Of a stretch of DNA of 64,000 nucleotides, positions 1-13,231 are shown one piece after another. Within the stretch, counting starts at the first letter, position 1. Every line of letters starts with the position of its first letter. The notes beneath the pieces were generated by a model, which ran no database searches, was not told the origin of the DNA, and worked only from the letters and a program-made list of their open reading frames with translations. This DNA is from Eledone cirrhosa (Eukaryota), in the NCBI GenBank assembly GCA_964016885.1, contig OZ024740.1, forward strand, positions 123,690,001 to 123,754,000. The letters are read 5' to 3'. Position numbers and translations under genes: made by a program.

Positions 1-28
1 GAATTCTATAAGAACCAAACATCCATGA

Positions 29-120
29 TTTCAGCAAACAGGAGGAGTGGTTGGCTTTGATAAGCTTTCAATAAATGCGAGACAGGGCCCTGTCATCTTT
101 ATCTCCCCTGTTTGCTGAAA
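29..120 (+). ncRNA. Hammerhead-like motif with variant core (probable PLE pLTR remnant)
   Basis: TTTCAGCAAACAGG (29-42) pairs with CCTGTTTGCTGAAA (107-120). Core reads TTGATAA-GC..GC-GAGAC-AGGGCCCT-GTC. An ~90-nt tail and (TA)n follow. The core deviates from CUGANGA/GAAA. Confidence 0.5.
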
Positions 121-211
121 ATTAAAGTAAGTGAGTCTGTCACTACTCTAAAACAGAGCATAAGGTCTTCGAAATGGTTTTAATTAAGCATTAAGTGTAT
201 TGCAAAATACA

Positions 212-222
212 CTATATATACA

Positions 223-289
<67 letters not shown>

Positions 290-321
290 CTATATATGTA
301 TATATATAATGTATATATATT

Positions 322-359
<38 letters not shown>

Positions 360-360
360 A

Positions 361-391
<31 letters not shown>

Positions 392-400
392 CTATATATG

Positions 401-470
<70 letters not shown>
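212..470. repeat. (TA)n microsatellite, first of many such tracts
   Basis: Directly visible. Similar tracts at ~2795-2980, 3870-3985, 4170-4235, 4612-5055, 14023-14530, 15993-16880 and 19025-19165. Confidence 0.98.
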
Positions 471-472
<2 letters not shown>

Positions 473-1546
473 TAAGATGTATGGTAGGTCGTATGTGAAT
501 CGCGATGATCACGTCTGAGCTACCAAATATGTGACGGTAGCTAGTTAAGCTCTATGCGTATACGCAGAGCAGAAATATTAGTGAAAAAGAACAAAGGAAC
601 TATTATGACATTATAACAAGTTTATTGCCGACAGCCGTTTCGTCCGACCACATGGTGGGACTTTTCAAGGCATATAACATGTGATTGTAAGATCATTATT
701 TACATCAACGTATCACTTAAGGCTAGCAGTTTGAAATTGTGGTATACATCAGCAACTCCGCTTGTATAGTTGGGGTCTATATTCTAAGGGGGCTCTTTTA
801 TATCAGTTGTCGGGGTCAGGGATTGAAGTTTAAAAATTAGATAATATATAATTTACGCATTAACAGTAAACTAAAAGACTTGGGGTCCCGTAGAAGCACC
901 TTAGAAAATCCCTCAATAAGTGCATAAAGCTTACAGGCTCCAATAAACCTACTAGACTAGAAGAAATTAAGAGGCTAATAACATAAAACAAAAAATAAAA
1001 ATATAAAGTTTCCCTAAAAAATATATAATGTTTCCTATGAAATTCCTTCTAGAGAAAAAATTTTTTTCCGATAGATAAAAACCATCTTCCCCCGAGATCA
1101 CGTTTACAAATTTCAGAAAACTTACGAAGTTTTGATGTTCCCTTCTAAGTTGAAAGAAACTAATCAATTAAAGGTTAATTCAAAGAGCCTTCTATAATTC
1201 TCTCAGAAAAGGCCCCTTTAATATTTTTAATAGGAACTTCTTCCGAGAGACCCTTCGAAGAATTAAAATTTTAGAGAGCCTTTAAGGATATATATAAAAA
1301 CGAATTGAGGAAAATTATACATTAAAAGTTAAAAATTACGGTATTTGGGACATCCGAGGAATTTTCAAAGGGCTGCTTCAACAGATACAACTTAGGCATA
1401 ATAGATACAATAATTTAAGTAATTTAAGTAATTTAATTAGGGAGCAATTTAAGGAGTTTATCAAGTTGGGCAAGATTAAAGAAAGTGGTAAATAAGAAAA
1501 TACATAAGTAAAAAGACAATAATTATAAAATGTATTTTTAAGAAGG

Positions 1547-1764
1547 TATAAGGTAGCTTCAGTAATCTAACAATGTATTATCACAAAAAATTATTATAAA
1601 ATTATTGATACAGGATTAACAAAGGCATAATAATATATATTCCTGCCTAATTAAGATATAAGGTAGCTTCAGTAATCTAACAATGTATTATCACAAAAAA
1701 TTATTATAAAATTATTGATACAGGATTAACAAAGACATAATAATATATATTCCTGCCTTATTAA
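1547..1764. repeat. 110-bp tandem duplication
   Basis: TATAAGGTAGCTTCAGTAATC... starts at 1547 and 1657. A related ~129-bp-period duplication (CTCAGGGATATCCCGCGC, ~1803 and ~1932) and a 44-bp duplication (~2004-2090) follow. Confidence 0.9.
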
Positions 1765-2696
1765 CAAGTAATCAAAACACTATTAACAGTCAGGCAGAAT
1801 TAGCTCAGGGATATCCCGCGCTCGGATACTTTACACACACACAGCAACACATAGGATTAGCACAGACACAATGGTATATTCCTGCCTAATTAACAAACAA
1901 TCGATTAACAATTGATGGTCAAGAAAATGTACTCAGGGATATCCCGCGCACGGATATTTACATACATACAACAGGATGAACAGTACTGGTGACCGTGTGG
2001 GCGCGATATCCATTATGCGTATGTAGTCATCTGCATAGCTCCAGACACGATATCCATTATGCGTATGTAGTCATCTGCATAGCTCCAGGCACAGCTGGTC
2101 TTGTTTAAAAGTTCATGGATCAACTGGGATTCCCTATCAGCTACGTGGACTCTCTGGGAGATGTACCTGTGGATCTAATAGCCAGTGGTTGCTGGATGTG
2201 GTCCGTTCGATCTTTTAGTTTCAGGGGTTGTACGCTTTCGCGATAGACCAGACTGCCAGTTCTAAGTCCAAGGTCTCGCTACGTATGATGTATTGGTCTA
2301 CATGCTATATTGTTAAAAAAACCAGTGTGGATTTGACTGGGGTGGTATATTACGAACTCCAAGCCCACACGCGACTGGTCAAAAGCGAAGGGCTGTCCCC
2401 TCTTTGTTTGCTGTATGGGTCGGTCCCAGCTTAGACGGTGGTCGTGTTATCCATATTCCGTCAGCCCTGTATATTCAAGACAGATCAGGGTATATATTTG
2501 CGGGTATGGTCCGGCGTCTACGTTATCCAGAGGGTCTCGCTTGTGGTATTTTCAAGTTCGCATGTCATCTCCCGGTTAAGACTGCGCATGCTTCGGTGAA
2601 TCTCATACATGGAATGCTGATGTATACCACAATTTCAAACTGCTAGCCTTAAGTGATACGTTGATGTAAATAATGATCTTACAATCACATGTTATA

Positions 2697-2743
2697 TGCC
2701 TTGAAAAGTCCCACCATGTGGTCGGACGAAACGGCTGTCGGCA
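2697..2743 (+). ncRNA. Hammerhead-like motif (variant UUGAAAA core); mirror copy on minus strand ~625-672
   Basis: TGCC-TTGAAAA-GTCC..GGAC-GAAAC-GGCT-GTC-GGCA. Stems I, II and III all pair, with a GUC triplet. Confidence 0.6.
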
Positions 2744-2824
2744 ATAAACTTGTTATAATGTCATAATAGTTCCTTTGTTCTTTTTCACTAATATATACAT
2801 ATATATATATGTTTATATATATAC

Positions 2825-2857
<33 letters not shown>

Positions 2858-2868
2858 CATATATATAC

Positions 2869-2980
<112 letters not shown>

Positions 2981-2984
2981 TTAT

Positions 2985-3866
2985 TTAAATAAACACAATA
3001 TCGGAGAAAGCTTTTTAGCGATACTCCGGCCAAATTCCAACTCACTCAAAAAACATTAGGAAATAAGTGATTATATTCCCAATTATGTGTTCGGGGTGCT
3101 AACTAAAAGTATTGCGTGGAAAATTGGCTGTATTATTTCAAATGAGATATATCTAATATAAATCTTCCCAGACGGACGTCTCGTTTCATTACAGGATTCC
3201 TACAATTTGGGTGAAATTATACCAATTTATGTAGGAGCTTGTATACCATCAATAGATATATATTCAAGTGGGCTCCTATAATTCATCAGTGGGTGCCCCA
3301 ATAATGCTAATATTGATAATCTAACCAACATCAGCATTTAGCGATAATCACTTGCTGTGCCTGAGGTATCTGTCAGGTGCCAGCCAGCAGTTCTGAAAGA
3401 AGTGCTCGAACTGATTCAAAAAATGAGGAAGTGAATTACCGCCAAAAAAAAACATTACATGCGCGTGACAATGAATTCTGAAAGGAATTCAGGCCACGTG
3501 CTAAGAACTGAATTGGAAATTGAAAAAATATCTATGTGTGTACAACATTTGAAGACACACACAGATATTTTCTCGGGCAAAATAACAGAATTAGATATAA
3601 GGAACAATCAATATTCATATATAAAAAATAAACAAAGAAATGCTAACCTTATACCGGGAATTCTTTTCAAATCTGCTGTGCCAAGAGTAAGTAAATAAAC
3701 ACAATATCGGAGAAAGCTTTTTAACGATACTCCGGCCAAATTCCAACTCCCTCAACAAACATTAGGAAATAAGTGATTATATTCCCAATTATGTGTTCGA
3801 GGTGCTAACTAAAAGTATTGCGTGGAAAATTGGCTGTATTATTTCAAATGAGATATATCTAATATA
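2985..3866 (-). mobile_element. Retrozyme-like element A: ~707-bp monomer as a 1.25-mer (175-bp direct terminal repeats)
   Basis: 2985-3159 is repeated at 3692-3866 with few substitutions. An HHR lies on the minus strand inside. Flanked by (TA)n; no credible ORF. Confidence 0.7.
3167..3293 (-). ncRNA. Hammerhead ribozyme with long branched stem II
   Basis: Minus strand reads CCCA-CTGATGA-ATTATAGGA...(~80 nt)...TCCTGTAAT-GAAAC-GAGAC-GTC..TGGG. Confidence 0.7.
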
Positions 3867-3904
<38 letters not shown>

Positions 3905-3918
3905 TATATAAATTTATA

Positions 3919-3986
<68 letters not shown>

Positions 3987-4163
3987 TTATAGATTCCATA
4001 CACTGGTGGTTTTTCCCTGTTTTATTGATAGCGCACTCTATCTCTCCCTAGTGTGTTACCTTTTCAACATCTTGTATTTTAAAGAGCTCAGGATTTCCTC
4101 TCCTTTGAGCACATTAACATTATTTTCAGGGAATGGCGAGAGTATATGGCTCCGTTAATTTAT

Positions 4164-4777
<614 letters not shown>

Positions 4778-4807
4778 CATATATATATATACATATATAT
4801 ATATATG

Positions 4808-4862
<55 letters not shown>

Positions 4863-4948
4863 GTACATATATATATATTGTATATATATATGTATAAATA
4901 TAGTGTATATATGTATATATATATATACATAGTATATATCTATATTTA

Positions 4949-4992
<44 letters not shown>

Positions 4993-5057
4993 TATATATG
5001 TATACATATATATAAATATTATATACATATATATTACATATATATAGTATATATATA

Positions 5058-5286
5058 TTAGAAAGTGAGGTTTTTTTACAAAATAAAAATAACAGAGTGT
5101 CTTACATGAAAGTATAAAGAAAAAAAGATGAAATCGAAAATTCAACTGGAGACTTATTTTTAAAAATATATATATATTTATTTGGTTCCTTATAAAATAT
5201 ATATATTTATTTGGAACCAAATAAATATATATATATTTTTTTAAACAATACTCCAGTCGCATTTTCGATTTCATCTTTTTTTCTTA
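5058..5286 (-). mobile_element. Short fold-back remnant (tail + hairpin 5117-5285)
   Basis: AAGAAAAAAAGATGAAATCGAAAAT pairs with ATTTTCGATTTCATCTTTTTTTCTT. (TA)n flanks. Confidence 0.5.
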
Positions 5287-5519
5287 GTATATATATATAT
5301 ATATGTTTAGTATATATATATATATAGTACATATATATATATACATATATATATTATATATATATATACATATATATAGTATATATATATATACATATAT
5401 ACAGTATATATATATATATATATATATAGTATACATATATATATATAGAGTATACATATATATATATATATACATATATATTTTACATATATATATATAT
5501 ATATACATATATAATTTAC

Positions 5520-5725
5520 ATATATATATATAGTATATATATATATATATTAACTATATATATATATATATATATAGTATTTTTATATATATATATATAA
5601 TATATATATATATAGTATATATATAGTATATATACATATATATATATAGTATTTATATATATATATATATAATATATATATATAGTATATAAATAGTATA
5701 TATACATATATATATATATAGTATT

Positions 5726-5756
<31 letters not shown>

Positions 5757-6092
5757 TATATATATAGTATATATATAGTATATTTACATATATATATATA
5801 GTATTTATATATATATATATATAATTTATATATATAGTATATATATAGTATATATACATATATATATATAGTATTTATATATATATATATATAATTTATA
5901 TATATAGTATATATATAGTATATATACATATATATATATAGTATTTATATATATATATATATATAATATATATATATAGTATATATATAGTATATATACA
6001 TATATATATATAGTATTTATATATATATATATATATATAATATATATATATATCTAGTATATATATAGTATATTTACATATATATATATAGG

Positions 6093-6095
<3 letters not shown>
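5520..6095. repeat. Higher-order (TA)n-derived minisatellite (~60-bp units)
   Basis: Recurring order of AGTATTTA / ATAAT / AGTA / TACATA interruptions. Confidence 0.8.
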
Positions 6096-6150
<55 letters not shown>

Positions 6151-6155
<5 letters not shown>

Positions 6156-6352
6156 AACCAGTAAGACCCCGACAGCTGAGCTCAAGCCGTTTCGACGGCT
6201 AATTCTGGACTAATTAGTCCAGAATTAGCCGTCGAAACGGCTTGAGCTCAGCTGTCGGGATCTTACTGGTTCCTATTACCCACTCTACTACCTCAAGTAT
6301 TGAGTACTTTGGTGCGTTATGGTCCACCTGGTTCCTTACCACATTTCCTTCG

Positions 6353-6355
<3 letters not shown>
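6151..6355 (+). mobile_element. 126-bp spacer-less palindrome (6151-6276) + tail; truncated PLE/retrozyme remnant
   Basis: Centre at 6213/6214 with one mismatch. The right arm holds an HHR 3' half, GAAAC-GGC..GCT-GTC. (TA)n on both sides. Confidence 0.7.
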
Positions 6356-6415
<60 letters not shown>

Positions 6416-7573
6416 ACATATATATATATATGGGATATATATATATATATTTATATATAGTATTAATTCAAAATATTAACAAAATAGATAATCTTGTGAA
6501 TAAAATAAGATGATGCATGACATACCCTGACATAGTAGATGGTTAAGATTCAGTCATGGTAGTGAGTAATATATGACAAAATTCAACATTTATATACCTT
6601 AATATTGAGAACATGAGAAAAATATATAATACATACAATAGAGAGGGTGCGTGTGAGACAGCTTAAAAAATACTTGGCATCAATATAACTGTTAAATAAT
6701 TTAAATTACTGAAGAAAGAGGAAAGAAAAGAAAAGCATAGAGGAAGAGACAGATGAGGTGATAATATAGTTAGTAGGGCCCTAGAAAAGCAAAAGAGAGT
6801 TGATTACATAGAGAAAGATAAAGAGGAATAAAACTTATGTTCAAGTCTTTAGACAATTATCCATATATACAATATATATCTAAACATATCTGGTTGACCG
6901 TTAATATTCAAAATATTTAATTTAAGTTAGTTCAGAGTAATGAATAATATTTTAGGTTTAAATGTTAATAGGTATCTGTCTTAATATTAAAGTATAATAT
7001 CAAATTTAAATTCTAAAATCAAATTTTATGAAATCAAATTTAAAGGATTTACAAACACGAGAAAGAAAACATAATGTTTTTACAACCTCACGAAGGTAAA
7101 TTTTACCAAATTTATCATATAATATTGACAACAGTTTATATAATATAATTTGAAAATAATAACCGTTTTAATTTTTAAAGAATTTATGGTTAACAATTTG
7201 AGTGCGTAAGGGATCAACAGGTCTTATAATTAAACTTAAAAAGGTCTGAATGTTAAATTACATATATGTGTTAATAAAAAAAAAAAATACACAATGATTA
7301 TATTATCTAACGACTTAAGATGATACCTTTCAAATATACATAATATAATACAATATAGTAAATAATTTACTGAAAATATTGTTGAAAATTAATGTTTTAG
7401 ATCAATTATTGTGAAAGGATCATTTAATAGATATATACTATAAATATATAAGTCAAAACTTCATGAGTCCTAAGGATAAGGACTAGATACAAAATAAAAA
7501 GTTAAAAAAAGTGAAAAAAAGTGAAAAAGAGTGAAAAAAAGAGAAAAAATAATGAATTGTTTGCGAAACATAA

Positions 7574-9030
7574 AAAGCTAGAAGAACTCTAATTAGTTTC
7601 AATAATGAGTATTGGACCCGCTCAGATAGAAATAGAAACTTTGATATTACCATGGGATCATCTGACTCAGCTCAAGTCTCGGATCTTCTGGGGATTTTTA
7701 TCTTAAATATGGTAAATAGAAAACTGCCGGAGATTACCGGTGGTATTTATAGGGATGATATTTTATTTACGGTTGTCAAACACAGAAATACAGAACTAAA
7801 TAGGGTTAAGAAAATTATAATTGAAATCTTTAAAAATTACGACCTTAAATTAGAGATTGAAAATGGTACCAAAATAGTTAATTTCCTTGATGTTACCCTT
7901 AACTTAAACTCTGGTTTTTATTACCCTTTCCATAAGCCCAATGAAAACTTAAATTACGTTAGTTATTACTCTAATCACCCTAAATCTGTGAAAAATGCTA
8001 TTGTCAGTAGTGTACAGAAACGCATAACTAGAATATCTGCGAATAAATCAAGATTTGATGAAAAAGCAGGATAGTACAATGATGCGCTAAGAAAGGCAGG
8101 TTATAAAAATAATTGTTTCTACTTTAGGCACAAGGCCAGCAATTACCCAGTGCTTGACTGGTACTTTATTTTATCGACCCCGGAAGGATGAAAGGCAAAG
8201 TCAACCTCGGCGGGATAGAATATATAGAAATAATCATTCAAATCTTAATCCTGATAAAAATAATAATAATATGACTGGCATGTATAAACGAAATTCTAAA
8301 AATTATAATTCAAACACCTGTACTGTGAATAGATCGGGGAAAAAAGCAGAACTAAATCAGTTATATGGTCCACCCCCTTCTTCTGTAACAGTAAAAACAC
8401 CACTATCTAATCCAATCTTTAAGGCTTTACATAATTCCCTCCCTAGTCAACATAAATACTGTTCCATATTTAATAGACACACAATTAAGCTTTCTTATTC
8501 TACAACTATGAATATGGTCCAAAACATCGCTAAACTAAATAGTAGAATTCTAAACCAAAATCAGAATAATAGTGTTAATAATAGTGCTAATAAAAATAAT
8601 AATAAATCGAAATGTAATTGTAGAAATAAACCAGATTGTCCTCTGCAAAATAATTGTCTGGATAGAAATTTAGTGTATAAATGCACGGTAAAAGCAAATA
8701 ACATCACATACAACTACATAGGGGCAACTTCTTCGACATTTAAATCGAGATTTGCGAATCACAAGTGCTCGTTTTCGAATCCTAATAGGATTCTTCGACT
8801 TCTTTATCACAACTTATATGGTCATTAAAAGGCAAACATTTTAAATACTCGATTTTTTGGACGAAGCTTTATAATACTAGAATCTATTCGAATTCGTCTA
8901 TATCAACTCACTGCAACCTTTGTACTAAATAGAGCCTATTAATAATTAATAATTATGAAAACTTAATAAACAAAAAAGTGAATTATTCTCAAACTGCCTT
9001 CATAAAGCTTTGTCTACATTCCAAGCCTAG
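7574..9030 (+). pseudogene. PLE reverse transcriptase C-terminus + GIY-YIG endonuclease (disrupted)
   Basis: MGSSDSAQVSDLLG, GGIYRDD, VNFLDVTL, SNHP, CNCRNKPDCPLQNNCL, LVYKC..NYIGAT..RFANH. Broken by stops, frameshifts and a SINE. Confidence 0.92.
8113..8215 (-). mobile_element. 5'-truncated Deu/Nin-core SINE inserted in the PLE ORF
   Basis: Reverse complement of the 3' part of the SINE at 15084-15270. Confidence 0.88.
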
Positions 9031-10950
9031 CAAAAAGTCAGGAGAAAACACTAAACAAACAGGTTTTAATTTTTGACGTCTCTTATCAACTGCTGTACCT
9101 AAAACGTTATAACAGCTTATACAACTTTAATAATACTTTATTTTCTAATCATTTATGATAGAATTAATTTTAGAATATAAGGATCCTATTTAGGTATATA
9201 AACATATTATTTGTTAACTTGTTCTCTTGATGAATATGCACACCTTTGGATTATTTTAGATATTTATAATTTAGATTCGGATCCTTTGTTTTAAATATAT
9301 AATTTGGATATATAACTGGTAAGATTACCGGTTATAATTGAACCGTAAATCATTCATGCATTTATATATTTTACTCATTTTGGGTATGTGTTGGGACTCA
9401 GAAAGTTAGATGTGCACATATATATTTTTTATATATATTTAGGTATAAATATCACAAACCATACTAGTCGACAAGTATTGGTCTCTCTTTCCACTGAACT
9501 GGAGGTAAAACTACAATTATAACTTTACTAATAATGATTGTAATTATTTATTTATTTATTATATGTATATCGTTTCACTAATATCTATAATACTCTCTCT
9601 ATATATTTGAATAAATATGTTTATCTAGTATAATAACATGCTCGTAGTTACATTTATAAGTAATTTAGATACTCAAATGATTCTCTATTGTTATAAGTGT
9701 TAGATATTTCCTTAATGTTCGAAATTATATAATGATTATTACTTAAATTAATTTAATTTATTTTATTTTAATTAAATTTAGATTACCTCCGGGTCATTCA
9801 AATCCTTAGCTCCTCTTTCTATGACCTTCGTTGAACATTTTAGAAGTATCTTTTGTCTACTATATAATAAAACCATCTTACATTTTAAACTATGTTTTTT
9901 AAATATTGGGCATATTTATGTTTGGCAAATAATTCATTATTTTTTCACTTTTTTTCACTTTTTTTTATTTTTTCACTTTTTATTTTGTATCTAGTCCTTA
10001 TCCTTCGGATTCATGAAGTTTTGACTTATATATTTATAGTATATATCTATTAAATGATCCCTTTACAATAATTGATCTAAAACATTAATTGTTAACAATA
10101 TTTTCAGTAAATTATTTACTATATTGTATTATATTATGTATATTTGAAAGATATCATCTTAAGTCGTTAGATAATATAATCTTTGTGTATTTTTTTTTTG
10201 ATTAATATGTAATTTAAAATTCAGACCTTTTTAAGTTTAATTATAAGGCCTGTTGATCCATTAAGCACTCAAATTGTTAACCATAAATTCTTTAAAAATT
10301 ATAACGGTAATTATTTCTAAATTATATTATATAAACTGTTGTCAATATTATATGATAAATTTGGTAAAGTTTACCTTCGTGAGGTTGTAAAAACAATGTT
10401 TTCTTTCGCGTGTTTGTAAATCCTTTAAATTTGATTTAAGAAATTAAATTTGATAGTATACTTTAATATTAATACAGATACCTATTAACTTTTAAAACCT
10501 AAAATATTATTCATTATTCTGAACTAACTTAAATTAAATATTTTGAATATTAACGGTCAACCAGATATGTTTAGATATATATTGTATATATGGATAATTG
10601 TCTAAAGACTTGAACATAAGTTTTATTCTTCTTTATCTCTCTCTCTCTGTAATCAACTCTCTTTTGCTTTTCTAGGCCCCTACTAACTATATTATCACCT
10701 CATCTGTCTCTTCCTCTATGCTTTTCTTTTCTTTCCTCTTTCTTCAGTAATTTAAATTATTTAACAGTTATATTGATGCCAAGTATTTTTTAAGCTGTCT
10801 CACACGCACCCTCTCTATTGTATGTATTATATATTTTTCTTATGTTTCTCAATATTAAGGTATATAAATATTGAATTTTGTCATATATTACTCACTACCA
10901 TGACTGAATCTTAACCATCTACTATGTCAGGGTATGTCATGCATCATCTT

Positions 10951-11015
10951 ATTTTATCTGATGAGGACGTACTGTTGAAGTTAACTCAGTACCTCTGAAA
11001 TATGTATAATAAAAT
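10951..11015 (+). ncRNA. Hammerhead ribozyme in PLE pLTR
   Basis: ATTTTAT-CTGATGA-GG..GTACTG/CAGTAC..CCTCT-GAAA-TAT-GTA..ATAAAAT. Confidence 0.7.
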
Positions 11016-11101
11016 TTACTTGATCACAAGAATTTCTATTTTGTTAATATTTTGAATTAATATTAATAACTCTAGCAGTAAGCTATATATTACAGGCCTG
11101 A

Positions 11102-12160
11102 ATAGGTGTGGTATTAAGCCGGAACAATAATATCAATAATAAAATAAAATAACTAGATAGTAAATAGTTAAAATATTAACATCAATATAAGTAAAAGATA
11201 GAGTATAATGAAGAATCTAGCATGTTAAACAGACTAATATGATACAGATGTATGGAATTGACATGTGAAAACTGCTATAGGTTACATTAGATATAGTGTT
11301 GAGTTGGCGACGAGATAACATTAACCACTAAAAAGTACTTGGAGACAGAATTTATGAGGTATCTACTATGCTGTAGGTATTCTGGCAATAGACCGGAGAT
11401 TTACTTATTATTTGACAGATAAACATTTTCGTTGTATTAATTTAGTGAGAATGATAGTTTTTATGTGGTGTTAAATGCAGTTGTAGATTCGTTACTTAAG
11501 TGGCCTATACTAAAGGTAGGGGTTGTTAGTTCGAATCATGGGGCTTTAGTTTTCACAGCATCAATAGCAAATCTTACATAAATAAAACAGTAATAACAAC
11601 AATAATAGAAACAACAAAGGTAATAAAATAGTAAAATATGCATGGTAGATATAGAGAACATGATGAATAATATTAGGGATAAATTGAGATGTTCATAATA
11701 ATAAAAATAAGAATAATAAGAGGAAAGTAAGATTTCAAAGAGTGTAGGAGTGATAAGATAATGTACTTAGAATTAGGTTCATCTGTTAGAGATCATGAGT
11801 GCCAATGAGAGATATAATTGTTTGATCCGAAGGAGTGAATAACAGTGAAGTTGGGATTGAGTTAACGTGCTACTTATATTGATGTTAATATTTTAACTAT
11901 TTGCTATCTTGTCATTTTATTTTATTATTGATATTATTGTTCTGGTTTAATACCACACCTATATAAAAGCCATGCCTTGTGTATCTTCTTCATGTCGCGT
12001 GCTCTGATGAAAACAACTGGGTATAAACAAAGTATTGGAGATCGAGTGGCGCATAATCAGGCAGAGAGCGAACTTTATACCAACCAGATCAAAGAAACAA
12101 TTGTTAGCAATGTGAATAAAGACCTTATTGCATAGCGAACTCTTCTTTCTTGGATTAGTA
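11102..12160 (+). mobile_element. Non-coding PLE-type insert: 90-bp inverted arms (11102-11192 / 11871-11962) followed by HHR and tail
   Basis: The inverted repeat is visible. HHR at 12000-12109; ends in (TA)n. Confidence 0.55.
12000..12109 (+). ncRNA. Hammerhead ribozyme with extended stem II
   Basis: TGCT-CTGATGA-..GGTATAAA..TTTATACC..-GAAAC-AATT-GTT-AGCA. Confidence 0.6.
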
Positions 12161-12277
12161 TATATATATATATATTTTTTTTTTTGTCGATCGATTTTCG
12201 TCAAATCAGACCGAGGAAACAATGTTTCCGTTGGTCTTTCCAATTGCTAATACTATCTATCGGTCACAACTCCAGGT

Positions 12278-12393
12278 AGAAGGAGCAACGTGAAATAAAG
12301 TGTCTTGCTCAAGGATATAACGCATCGCCCGGTCCAGGAATCGAACTGGCAACCTCACGATTGCGAATCCAATTCTCTAACCATCCAGCCACA
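12278..12393 (-). mobile_element. tRNA-derived SINE (CORE-like domain), partial
   Basis: Minus strand has A box TGGCTGGATGG and B box GTTCGATTCC, then CCTTGAGCAAGACACTT. Confidence 0.75.
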
Positions 12394-12444
12394 CGTTATA
12401 GTATATATATGTATATATATATATATAGTATATATATATATAGA

Positions 12445-12477
<33 letters not shown>

Positions 12478-13231
12478 ATATATTATATAAATAAACATAT
12501 AGTATATACATATATATATATATGTATATATATATATATTTTATATATATACATATAGTATATATACAATTAGTATATATATATATATACATATAGTATA
12601 TATATATATATATATATATATATACTATATATATATATATAATATATGTATATATATATATACTATATGTGTATATACTATATGTGTATATACTATATGT
12701 ACATATACTATATGTATATATACTATATGTATATATACTATATGTATATATATATACTATATGTATATATATACTATATATATATATGTATACTATATAT
12801 ATAATATATATATATATACTATATCTATATATATACTATATGTATATATATGTATACTATATATATATACATATATATATATATACTACATGTATATATA
12901 TATACTATATTTATATATATACATATAGTATATATATATACATGTAGTACATATATATATATATATAGTATACATATATATACATATAGTATATATATAT
13001 ATACATATAGTACATATACACATATACATATAGTATATATATACATATAGTATATATACATATAGTATATACATATAGTATATATACATGTAGTATATAT
13101 ACATAGATTATATACACATATAGTATATACATATAGTATATATACATATAATATATGTATATATATTATATATATATATATATATAGTATATATATATAT
13201 ATATACATATAGTATATATTTATATAGTATA

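Larger units (their letters stand above)
471..2794 (-). mobile_element. Non-coding PLE-type insert with ~180-bp inverted arms, each carrying an HHR-like motif
   Basis: 575-754 is the reverse complement of 2616-2794. An unpaired tail lies at 471-574, with (TA)n on both sides. No recognisable protein inside. Confidence 0.6.
6461..11090 (+). mobile_element. 5'-truncated Penelope-like element with ~1.1-kb inverted arm and ~2-kb 3' region
   Basis: 6461-7573 is the reverse complement of 9915-11062. RT/GIY-YIG remnant inside; HHR near the 3' end. Confidence 0.85.

Noticed and set aside
1547-2090. CRISPR-like repeat array
   Set aside because: Simple tandem duplications without unique spacers; eukaryotic context and no cas genes.
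575-2794. Long inverted repeats read as TIR DNA transposons/MITEs (also 6461-11062, 26382-30235)
   Set aside because: No transposase. The one-sided tail, HHR content and PLE ORFs fit PLE-type inversion better.
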